A stretch of 64,000 nucleotides of DNA from Ophelia neglecta (lineage: Eukaryota): contig OZ260664.1 of NCBI GenBank assembly GCA_965285935.1, positions 70,432,001 to 70,496,000 of the forward strand, read 5' to 3'. This document shows, piece by piece, positions 50,001 through 62,000 of this stretch. How positions within the stretch are numbered: position 1 is the first letter of the stretch; each line of letters starts with the position of its first letter. The notes beneath the pieces were generated by a model. That model was not told where the DNA came from. It saw only the letters and a list, made by a program, of their open reading frames with translations, and made no database searches. The position numbers and the translations under genes are program-made.

Positions 50001-53000
50001 TATCCATCATTAGCTTTGCCTTGGTGTTCGAAACTGTCTACATTTAGAGAAGTCGACAGAAAGAAAAAATTATAAGCCCAAATATTTTTAAGAAAAAAAT
50101 TTGCTAGCGTCTAAATCGTTCATAAGGTTAGTGAAATGATACAAATTCCTCGACCTTGGCCATGTTGAAGACGCTCTACTTAACCTTAGTCTCATGCTTG
50201 AAAAAACTAGACCGCGCATCACATTAGTGCTTATCTTGCCCGTTTCGTGTTTTCGCAATGAAAGAAGTGTTCTCTCAAACCGATGATGAAAGACAGCTAA
50301 TGTTGGGTGCTTCAAGGAATGTTAATAATTGAAGTTTAAGGCAAGCTGTGCAAAAAGGGTGCTATCTTTGCCCAGCCAGAAAAAGTAAGATAGACAACGA
50401 TATACCGTCGGAGTGAAGCGTTTCTCAGTTAGTATAAGACACTAAAAGACACACAGAACCCGTGTATATTATAGAGAATACTTCTTTTTGGAAACAGTCA
50501 GAAAACATATTATAGTGGTCTAGGCAGAAAGCTACCTAAGGTGGTCTATTCTAAGGAGGGGATCCGATCGCCTGTGCCCACCGGTCCTCTGTGCCCACCC
50601 CCCCACCCCCACCCCCCTCGCCCTCGCTCGCAAGGTAAGGTTCGACCTCCTTGGCCATCCGAACTCACCCACCTTTCAACATCCCACCCTCAATACACAT
50701 CACAACACACCACCCTCAATCCACTACACAACAACCATCCTACATCCACCCCACAACACCCCACACGCATGCAATTCACACCACAACAACTCACCCTCAA
50801 TCCACCTCACATCGATCCACCCTCATTCCACCCCACAACCCCCTCACTCTCAATACATCCCACAAACCCCCACCCTTAATCCACCCCAGTATATCACCCT
50901 CAATCAGCCCCACATCACTCCACGCTCAATTCGCCCCTCTAGTCCCCGCCCTTAATCCTATGTTGTCGATAGCAAGCAAATTGTGAAAATTAAAAATTGT
51001 TAATTTTCTTTTAGAATGGAAAATTTCTATTATATATGAAGTATACGTTCGCAGAGGTCGAGCCAAAGGCCCGACACCTGTGCGGGATAACGATCCCTCT
51101 TTTGATGCTTACGTTGTTCCATCAACCTTCTAATACATTTTACAATGATTTTATAATACCAAAGTTTTAAATATATAAAAATCATATATCGCCTGTAAGT
51201 GCATAAACATGCTGGGTTTTAGTGTCCGCTAACGTGCGAATCATTCTGTTTTAAAGCCGCAATGTCTCTCCCAGACCTGCCATTGTTCGAAAATATAGTT
51301 TCTTTATGACCACTGCGTTACTACTCGCCTTTCGACTTCCTGTCTGCATTTCTTGTGTCGTTTGGCCTTTGGGATTACTAATCCTCCACGTAAGCGATGG
51401 CATCTGTCCTCTTCCGTATAAGTTTTTTTTTCAAGGCATATAATATTAAGACCTTAAATGCGATCAATATATGATGGTAATGGCTCTCCGAGCTCGGGGG
51501 ATATGACAAATATAAGCACTTGCACACGGTACATGACTTGTCCCCTTAACAACGACGCTAAGCGTAATGCTGTAATAATTAAATTTGCATCGTTTGGTGA
51601 CAAAGTGGCCGGGCACTCAGGCATAATATGTATACACATGCAAAAATAATTTTATTTTCCCTCTGACCGTTTGTATGTACACCGCCATCTTTAATAGACT
51701 CGTAAACAATAGAAGCTTAGCCAGTCAATAGGGGACTATCAACCTGATCCATGGTCACAGATGCTCATGTAATATACTAGATGTTAGTCGTTAGTTATAA
51801 ATGTACTTTTACTCAATCTTACGCGAGCTTATCGACTATGCATGGCCTGGTTTTAAATTTTTTTTTTTACCTTAACGTTAATTGTAGGTGGTAAATACAC
51901 ATTTCAAGGCAGCACCTATAACAATACTGACGTTTCTTTCGTAGGCCCCTTCCCCATAGAATGAATTGGACGCTTGCGCACAAAACTTGTTCCAATCAGG
52001 AAAGCGCTTTTGACACCTTCCTGACAGGAAAAAGAATTATATGTCGGCATAAGGCTTTTAAGTTGGAGCTTTTAAGCATGGTCCAACCCTTTTCAGAGCT
52101 CTCTTTGAATACCTCCCGCGTTCGTGACGTGGTTCATTCTGGAGATATTAATTACCTCGTTATACTCTGAAGATACTGGTCTTAGTCGCTATGACGTCAC
52201 AAGGCAGGGCTTTCTCAGGGAGCTTTGAGTTATGTCGGACCCTGCCTTACTACCATCCTTAATTATGATTGGCAGTATTCGGAAGAGCCCTGAAAGTAGT
52301 TTAGTTAATAGACATTCAGTGATATACGGCAGTCTCGGTATTGCACCTCGCGAAATTTAATATTATCGTTAATTTCGGACCATTTTGGACCATACTGGAC
52401 GGTTATTGCCCGAGTTACACGAATTACAATTTATATACAAAAGAATTGCATGGCCATGTTTATAAGAGTCAGGTACAAAAAAAGTTTCAATAAGACACGT
52501 TAAAAATGTGTGCGATAGGCCCTGCGTAATCACACCAGCGGCATCTTGTACATATCTTGAGGAAATACTATCAATACATGTACCTTTCTTTGGTTTCAAA
52601 TTTCTTAGATGCTTCTCAACAAGTACCTACATAGTTCGGTGCAGCTTAAAACACCATATTTATCCCCTTTTCGTGATAAAACTTAGTCACTTAATCAGCA
52701 TCAGAAGTGTTGTTTAGAAATGGCAACTTTCTGACAAGACTGGCGGCAATATTTCAAAATAAAAAGTTGAATATGTTTTCTGTGTCAGTATCACCATTTA
52801 ATATTTCTCCACTGCCCGACTTCAGTATAATTTTAGACATTTCAATCCTGATTTGCGTTGCTACACCCAAACTTTTGAGGCATTTCCATAAGGATTTTGA
52901 ATCACATAGATTTTCCTCAATATGCATGCTTTCTGGACAGTTTGGCCTAAGACAAGACTGTCAAGGAATAAATTGATTCGGAGTCTTCAATCTTCTCTAG

Positions 53001-56000
53001 TGCAGTACGAGTGTCCAACAGCAATCTGAATTAATGAGCAGCTAAATCCAGCAATTTATATTGGCTGTGGGCCGATAATTAACTTAGAATACTGTTAGAT
53101 CGATGTTTGAGATTCTCCTGTGTGTGTACTGATAGGTTGTGATCTCTCATGTAGAGGAACTGACAAGCCTGTAAAGGCTCGTAGTGCAATCCGACAAGGA
53201 CCATTTCTGGCGGGCGGGGCGGTATGAGGAGGGTGTTAGGGCTCCTCTGTGGAGGCATGGGGTCGCCACTGGTTAAGACAAAGTGGTCAGTTCCTGAAGA
53301 GGAGGGAAGATGTCCCATACTGCTATCCTTACCCGCTCCTTCCCACCAACTCCTAGTTAACCTTCTCCGGTGCCTAGTTCCCGACCTGACTTGTCCTTCT
53401 CCAGGCGTGGGAGGGGAGATGTCCCCTCCCGCCATCCCCACCCGCTCCTTGTAACCCAACTCCTGGTTTACCCCTCTCTGGTGCCCTAGTTCCGGCCCTT
53501 TATTTTGCCTTGGGCAGGTAGGGGAGGGAAGATGTCCCCTCCTACCACCCCCCCCCCCCAGCTCCTTCCAACCCCACTCCTATCCTACCCAACTCTGTTG
53601 CCCTAGTTCCGGCCCTGTTTTGGCCATGTCCAGGCGTGCTCGGATTATCTACAAGGCTCCCCAAATGAAGTCCGCCTAACGCTCAACCAAGCTCTCTCTC
53701 TCTTTATCCAAGAGAACGTGTCCTGTTTGACCCCTGATTCGTTGTAACAGAAACGGGTACTTGCAAACATCAGCTAAAATGAACCGACATATGTAGATAC
53801 CGATTGAAATTCAGATCCATGTCACAGTCCTCAAATTATTCTGAACACGTGGTTCTTCTCATTAAGGATGATAGAACCACAGTTTGTAGGTCCATACATT
53901 ATATCAAGTTCTACCGTCGTGTTTGATTTTTTAAGGAAGTTTTGAAACTCATATATAATTATCACGTTTCTTTTCGCTAATTCTACAACGCTTCGCGACT
54001 TTTTGAAAAGTTTTTTGACTAATACTTTGAAATTCATTATAAATTTAATAGGTCTAACTGTGGACAGACGTTGACGCAATATAGGGCCGATCGATCAAAA
54101 CCATAGGTGTGTAACACGCCATATTAACCGCACACACTGCCTTTAGAAGCATATAAATCTCAGACACGATAAATGAAACCAGGTGTATCGCCCGCACTAC
54201 AATTAAGAGCAGATAGGCCTAATTTCCCCGCACTGCCATTACATTATTATCTACTCAGTTGTACATAATTAAAATAAAAAAGTAACGAAAACGTAGATTG
54301 TCATAAAAGACATGGCTATTTGGGTATAACACTTGGGTAAATAATTTGAATATAACAGGAGATATATTACTGAACTATCGGAAAAAGAACGAAAGTCGCG
54401 TTTCCTAACAGCATTGATTAGGGCCCGCGTCTTTTGTTTAACAGTTATTTGTTGATCATGTGTGCGCATATGGTTAATCAATTGAAACAGTTTGTATTTG
54501 ACTTGTTATAGTCCATGGCCATTTCCTCGTTAATCAATTCCACGTGCTAAACGTTTTTAAATGTCTTTCTGCTTGGATAACTCACCCCTGGGAGAAAATC
54601 TGTGAAAATAAAAACAACAATGCCAATCTGATCACCAAAATGCAAATGCAACTCGGTGATATTGATTCCCTTATTTTAATACCTAACACCCTCAAAGGCA
54701 ACTTTTATTCGGAATTAAATAGCAGATCTGACCGCATTACAGACAAAACACCCCAGTAAGCACGATCCGGATTTCTGATAAATATGGTATCGCGTATTTT
54801 TTCCGATAGCCTTTTGCTGTTTTCCAATAAAACCAACATTAACACATTTTAATATGCCTAGACAGCTTTTCCATCAGCTTTTCAATCCATCATGGAATCG
54901 ATAATTATATTACAATAATCCTATGATCCTAGCTATAAAATTATCAATTTTTTTTGGTCAAAGCCCTACCCGCGCCAGGCATGCAGTAAACCAGATTTAG
55001 TTTCGTAGAGATCAAAGAAATCTACAGTTAATTTGCAACTCGTTTTTGTTCCCATGCTATTAGCACGTGATCCCAGAAGGGGGCCTTTCGCATGCGTAAA
55101 ATAGAGTTAAATGTGTATGGTCGTCCTTCATTAGCCAAGCGACTGGAGTTTTTATTTATTGATTTATAGGCCTAATGCCTGGAGAGCGTGCTTGGGGGAC
55201 GGAGGAGGGGGGGGGGGGAGTGAGTGATTCAGTGGATAAATGAATAATGAATATGTTACTTGATATCATTAAACTAAAGAAAATGACAGTTTTATTTATG
55301 TAACCCATTATTTTCTCATCTGCCTTATATGCCTTAATTTTAGGAACAAACCTGACATACTGTATACTACTATAGAAGTTGTATACACTCTTAAATGGAA
55401 GCTACACCACTTGACCTGTTTAAAATGTGATTTGAACATACCGTTTAGATAAACATTGTACGTGTTTATACTTATACGTCCAATTTTTAAGATGATAACT
55501 ATATTGTACCTGGTGTACTATCGTGCCTGTATAACCGCAAATACACTGGTGTAACGTTACTACTGCAAAAAGTAAATTAAAAATCTCTCGCACTCAGTGG
55601 AGAAGACGGGAAGTAACTTTTACAGAAGGAGGACAACCTCTTATACTTTCTTTTTACTAATGTTACAGTTAACAATTTATCCTTAACAGCACCTATAAAG
55701 AATAACCCAAAAATATAATTTTGCCGGGAAAGATCATTTGCTTTGACATGAAAACCTACAATATCATCACCCTGCCTCGAACACCGCGTGTCTTGCCTTG
55801 TGGTTCGCCACATGACATCAAGCCAGTCTTTGTCTTGATATAACAATTCTCACAAACAAATTATCTCCTGCTTATAAAGCTTCGAAGTTATTTGCTTTGT
55901 TGAAGAATTGCAATTTTCTTTTTTAGAGTCACCTGATTTCTTTTTCACAATTTTTGCATATATTGTTAGTAGTTTATTGACATTAAATTATCTTTTACTA

Positions 56001-59000
56001 CTGATGAGAAGACTGATTTTTGGGGGAGAGAACGCCATTCCGGTGGGTCCTTCCGGCGGGTCCTGCCTTTGACATGCTCTAACCATTACTAGATGTATTT
56101 GTTGTTGACAGGTTCACCACCACCCTGGCGTGTATGATGGACCTCCACTACTACCCGTTAGACGTACAAAACTGCACCGTAGAAATAGAAAGCTGTACGT
56201 ATTATATTCTGTCATCGGCTATGTAATAATTGTCAGAGTGAAAGGAAACGCCTTCTTAACTATTTGATTTAAAAATACGATAAAAGTAATAATGATAATT
56301 ATAAATAATTATTTTTTTACTTTTTCGACTTAAACTTGTTCTATATGGTCATTCTAATTCGCCTATATCACATGAAGATTGGCCAGTTACCATAAATTTA
56401 TTCAATTGTTAATTTATGCATCAATCGAAGATCTCTTTAAATTGAGTAATATATATCCAATGAACCCACCCTTGTATTTAAATGAATTGCAATGATATAG
56501 CGATTTCCTCGTCGGTATTAAACCAATTTAGCTTAAATGAAAGTATATTTATCTAGCGGACTCTTTATAAAGTTGGCACGACATTTGAAGATATAAAACC
56601 TATGATATTTTTAAACTGCTTTGGAGAGCAGACGGCTGACTGACGCCATTTAACCGTCACAGTTATGAGAAACTCGCCGTTGTATCGCAGCCCGCCGAAG
56701 ACAGCCAAAAACCGGCAGTCTGTCGTGCAGAAGCCAAATTGTGGTTAAACGCTACCATAACTTCAGCCAGCCAGGCCGCAGAAAGTCGCGGCGGGCTGCG
56801 GTTGAGTCTTGATTTTTCATGCGACTAGGACATTTACCCCTCATGCCTAATAGCGGCGTGTTTGATGCCATTTCAGATGGATACCCTATGGAGGATGTGG
56901 TCATGAACTGGAAAGGTTTGACGGAAGATGACGCTGTGCACGGGGTCAAGGACATGGAGATTCCCCAGTTCACAATCGTCGAGTACAAAATCATCTCGAC
57001 GGTGGAGATCCTAGCCACAGGTATAGACTAAACATACTGCTTCTCTCTTCCGTTAAATGTGGGCCTAATATGTACTGTAATAATAACCTTCGTCCATCCC
57101 TGGTAGTCAAGTGTCGTCCATACTAGTTAATAATAAGCCAACATTAGCAATTCGCCGAAGAAGAGAACTTGCTCAATGTGCCCCCTGCCGTACACTGATC
57201 TTCCATTTGTCTTATTTTTCGCCTCATGACAACAAATCGGCCTTCATTTTGCACCCGCATTCTGCCAAAAAAGTGCTCTTTACCAGCCTTTTAATCATAA
57301 GTTGAGAAACTGACTTTTTTTATGTTTTTGGGATAATGATCATGTATACTCTTTCTGTCGCACATTCTCATATTTAATGATACTTATGAACTGACTATAA
57401 ATGATCTTTAACACCTGATCAGTCGACTGATGTTGAGAGCAAGAAAACTATTGTGATTTGGTATTGTCACTGTGCCCGCCTTGTCCTTTAATATGTGTTA
57501 AAAAGATTAACACCAAAAACAAACCAAATCTTCCCGAAAAATATCGAAAGCCGTCTGATAATTCTATGCCCTGAATAAGTCCACTATTGGGCACTTTCAA
57601 ACTGTGTTTATCAATTGCTTAACTTTGCGACACATAGGCCTACAATATTTTTATTTTTATTTTTTTGCTCTCACATACTGACCTACAAGTGTCGTATTGA
57701 ATCGATACAGAAGTTTTGGAAAAAATCTGTATTTAGTTTAACCAGAGTCTACCTGTAATGACGATTCACCTCTGCTTGTCATGTAGGTCATGTCTATACA
57801 TATTGGCTCACTAACGTTTTTAGTTTAGGCCATCACAAATTTGTTTCGCCTGCATGCTAAACGCCATGGCATCTGCCCTACGCTATATTTGTCATTTTCC
57901 CCTCAAAGCGTTTCTGCCAGTTATACTGAATTTGTGCATTTTACATTCATGACTCTGTATATTTAAGCTGTATACATGGCACCTCAATCGCTTATATGCG
58001 TATCAAGGCCGCTTACGTGTGTATTAATGGCAAGTCTTATTGCTTTATTTGTTCACTCACAGCCAGACAGCGGTATCCAAATGACACGGAAGGTCAAGGG
58101 AGGGACTTCATCAAATCAATGAGGCACAAAATAAGGAGCAGCAATCAGAGTAGGCCGCATACTAATTGGCGGACAGAATAGTTTTTGACAGTTGTATTTT
58201 TGTCTTCCATTACTCGCTGATGCTTGTTTTGCCAACGCAATTTTCGACTGCTTCCGAATGGCCACTACTTCCGCATATGTGTGAGAGAATACTTTTATAT
58301 AAACAAAAATATCTTCTCATGAGTGTGATTCACAGCCTCTGTGCACGTGCTTATCCTTTAAAATACACTACAGTGTTTGCATACTTCACGCCATGAGTAG
58401 TATACAGCTGCTCACTAAGCCGCCACCCCTTACTCATCAATGCAGATTGTGTCCATAATTTCAATTGTGTAGTGCTTCATGTTGTGCTATTAGATGGTTG
58501 TCCGATAATTGTTAGTATGTTGTTTTTTTGATGCGGATACACGAGCGGAAATCGCCGAGACCATATACTCTGTGCCAGTAACACTGTGAACAAATATAAT
58601 GAAGGGGGGGGGGGGGCTGATTAGAGGCATGCAAACATCAATACTACGGTGGCACAGGTAGAATGAAACGAGCGGGGCCAGTGATGTTCGCCTTGTTATT
58701 ATACCAGCGGCATAAAGTCTGGAGACTAGTTGTGCGAAAAAAGACTACTCGAAGCAAAAAAAATATGTAAGCTATGCATGTGTGACGCGCTCACATGGTG
58801 AACGCTGATTGGCCCAGAAAGCAAATGACGCTTGTTCTTCTTTCGGTGATGACGTCACCACCAGAAGGCAGCGGCACCCAGGGACACAGTGCTCTTGCAA
58901 AACGCGTCACTTGCCTTCGGGTTTAAATAGGTCAAACGTCATATATAGCAAACCTATTAGAGGCAGCCTTTTTTAAACACACCAATACACATAGACAATA

Positions 59001-62000
59001 TGTGCGTCAGCAATAGGTTGTGCACACTGTTTTCTAGCTTCGTATGATTTTAAACCTTTTTTTCTGAAAGTCTCCAGACTTTATGTGGCTGGTATAAGAT
59101 GACCACTAGGGATTTGATTTATTTTCGTCATGTCCGTTACATGTTAGGGCCAGCCCATTCAGACATTTATATACAAGACACTCAATATCATAATCAATCC
59201 TGTCTTGAATACTTAACCAATTCATTTGTTGCAACAAAGTCACATCAATATGGTGTCTAGGATTATCTTATGGTCAGAACTTTCAATATTTCCAGCTAAC
59301 CAAAAACTCGTCGGACATTTAGGTCTACCATATATGTATTGAAAGAGCTTAAATTTCAGGTTTCGATGGCAGTAGTATCAATAGAAGTCATCCTGTTATG
59401 TAGCCACAATATCTCTTCGAATTCGGCTATTGAGCGAAAATACATGTTGTTCGACGTATTTGGTTATGCATTCGCCCGCCATTTGGAACTAACGCCAGTT
59501 CGTTTGTTCTTTGGGCAGAAAACTGTTGCATGTCACCTACCACCCAACGTAGCAATGGTGGCTATTATGCTCAGAATAATTTCATATTATTTATTTATGG
59601 TTCAGTTAAGGAATGAATGGCAGACGTCCTCGTTAATCAAGGGGCGCGGCCCTCCTGGGAACCCTAGCTTGTATATATGGGCTTCTGCCCGTTACAATCT
59701 ACACTCCGTATTTGTTACTTCCCAAAGGTGCACTGTTTTGAAGTCTCTTTATTGTGAGATATAATTCCGCTTAAATCAAATCTTCTGGGTCCCGATTCCC
59801 CCACTGCGGGAGCAAAATTAGTTCAACACATTTTACCGATTACAAAACACCTAACCGAAAACGAGGTGCACAAAAGAATACAACTAATTGTATGTAACCT
59901 GACTACTCACTTATTCTATATGAATTCTTATGCACCATTGACAAACTCATTAGAACATTTTGGCACTAATTAGTCCATAATACGTTATTAAAGCATAAAA
60001 CATCATCTGCATCACGATATCAATTTATGGTAAATGATTTGAATAGAGTGGGTAACGGTATAACATGTTTACCAAAATACCCTACCCAACCCATCTAATT
60101 TTCTACTTAGAACTTCTTATGAGCTAAGCATTGGTTTCGTCCAACGTGTAATATTTTCTAACTCCGTGTGCTCCCCGGGCAGAGGAATCGGAGCTACATC
60201 GGGGCCATGGAGCTGGATGGTTTTACTATTATCTTTACATATTTGTCTCCTTCCTCGCCGTCAAACGTGTGGTTTTTGAAGGAAAAGATAAAATGGTAAC
60301 AAAATAATCCCAAGAAGATTGGAATTAAATGGAATAATGTCCCACGATAAATAATGGTTTCAAAACACCACAACTTTGGGAAATAACATAATAAGGAGTG
60401 TGGATTGAAAGCGCAAAGCACATTTATATACCATCCGGGCTGGCCGGGAGGGCCGCTCGCCATGAATAACGAGGTCGTCCGACATTCATTTCTTAATAGA
60501 ACAATTCATAAATAATATGAAACAATTCGGAGCATTTCAGCTGCCATTGCTATATTTCGTGGGAAGTGACTTTAACCCCCCCCCCTCCCCTAGAAGAAAA
60601 CGGGACTGTAATTCGCTTTAGTTTGGCGGGAGTTTAAGCCATTGTGGTGACCAAACTGCCTTTTTATGCTCAATACCTGAATCTGAAGAGCAACTATCAT
60701 ATAGGCCATAAATTTAACCCTTTAAATCCATTTATGATAAATGTCCGACGACTTTTTGGTGCGTTAAAAGTATTGAAAGTTCTTCCTATCAGTACATCGC
60801 TAGCAGCCACGTTAACAAGACCAACGGCCCTGGCCCAACTCGTTGAACGCCACCCATGCCACCGTTCAAACAAATATATTTTTTAATTGGACGTACATGT
60901 ATATACAAGTGTAATGCATAAATATATCTGTGTGGGGGTATTCATGTTGGTGATTCGCCACATACTTCCGATGCTTACATTCGATTTGACCTGTTAAGGC
61001 GAGTGGACAAACTGAATAATAAACACTTCTAATGCGGGAAATAGTTTGAAATTAAAATGTGACATATGTCGTGTTGCAATGATGCTACACTTTTATAAAT
61101 CATATTTTACCCATAATTGATAGCCCCCAGTGAGAGTACCCAGAAGACGCCGGTAAGGCCCACTTAGAGTCCCTTTGGACGCCGATCAGGGCCATCGAGA
61201 GTCCCCGCTGAGGGACACTAAAAACCCCATTTGCTGTTGCTGTACAAACCAGTCTTCATCTTTGGATTTTTGTTTGTTACTGCTTCCACCTTTAAAATCT
61301 GAGTCGACACTTTCTCCATTTTTGTTAGACTCACCCTGACATTGGAATATACTTTAAGCTAGTTATCAGTAAAAATACGCGACAGGTGTAACAGGAGAGT
61401 TTGATACACTGGAAGACATATTACTCTTAATTGTACTCATTCTTCTCGTCGACCAAAAAACGTGATCCCCCGTATCGTTTGTGTAATTGATACGCTTGTG
61501 GATGCCTTGTTATTTAAATGTAAATAAATTGTCAATATAACAATCTTTAGCGCACGTACAATTCGTCTCAAAGGCAAACTTTTATCTTACACTAAGAGCT
61601 TATAATTAAGAATGTGAGTTAAATCTCGAGTCGCAATGTGGGTCAAATGGCATATTTGTACCTACTAAAACTTTTTTTCCTCAAATCAACCATAGCACCA
61701 GTTAAATTTAACATTTTATACGGAGACTTACTAGTTGGTGTCGTAACTTGTAGGCAACGTTAAGTGTTTGTTTGGGCTTAATCTCAAAGTGAACCACTTT
61801 TGACTGTTTATAAATGGATATGAGTGTCGTCTGTATTACTTACAATCGCCGCCGAACTGTTCGGCATGTCCAAAAAAATGTGTGCCAGAACAAAAACCAA
61901 GGTCGTCTACATTCAATATATTTCCGACGGATTGGTCACTTACAAAAGGCTTATATATACCCCTCTTCATCGTGGACACGGATACAGTTAATACTTTTGT

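Noticed and set aside
50541-50986. Pro/His/Thr-rich ORFs
   Set aside because: By-product of the C/A low-complexity repeat.
55995-56040. CTGATGAG hammerhead-like core (similar CTGATGA at ~33185, 34476, 43934 and 48863)
   Set aside because: None has a stem II followed by GAAA together with stems I and III.
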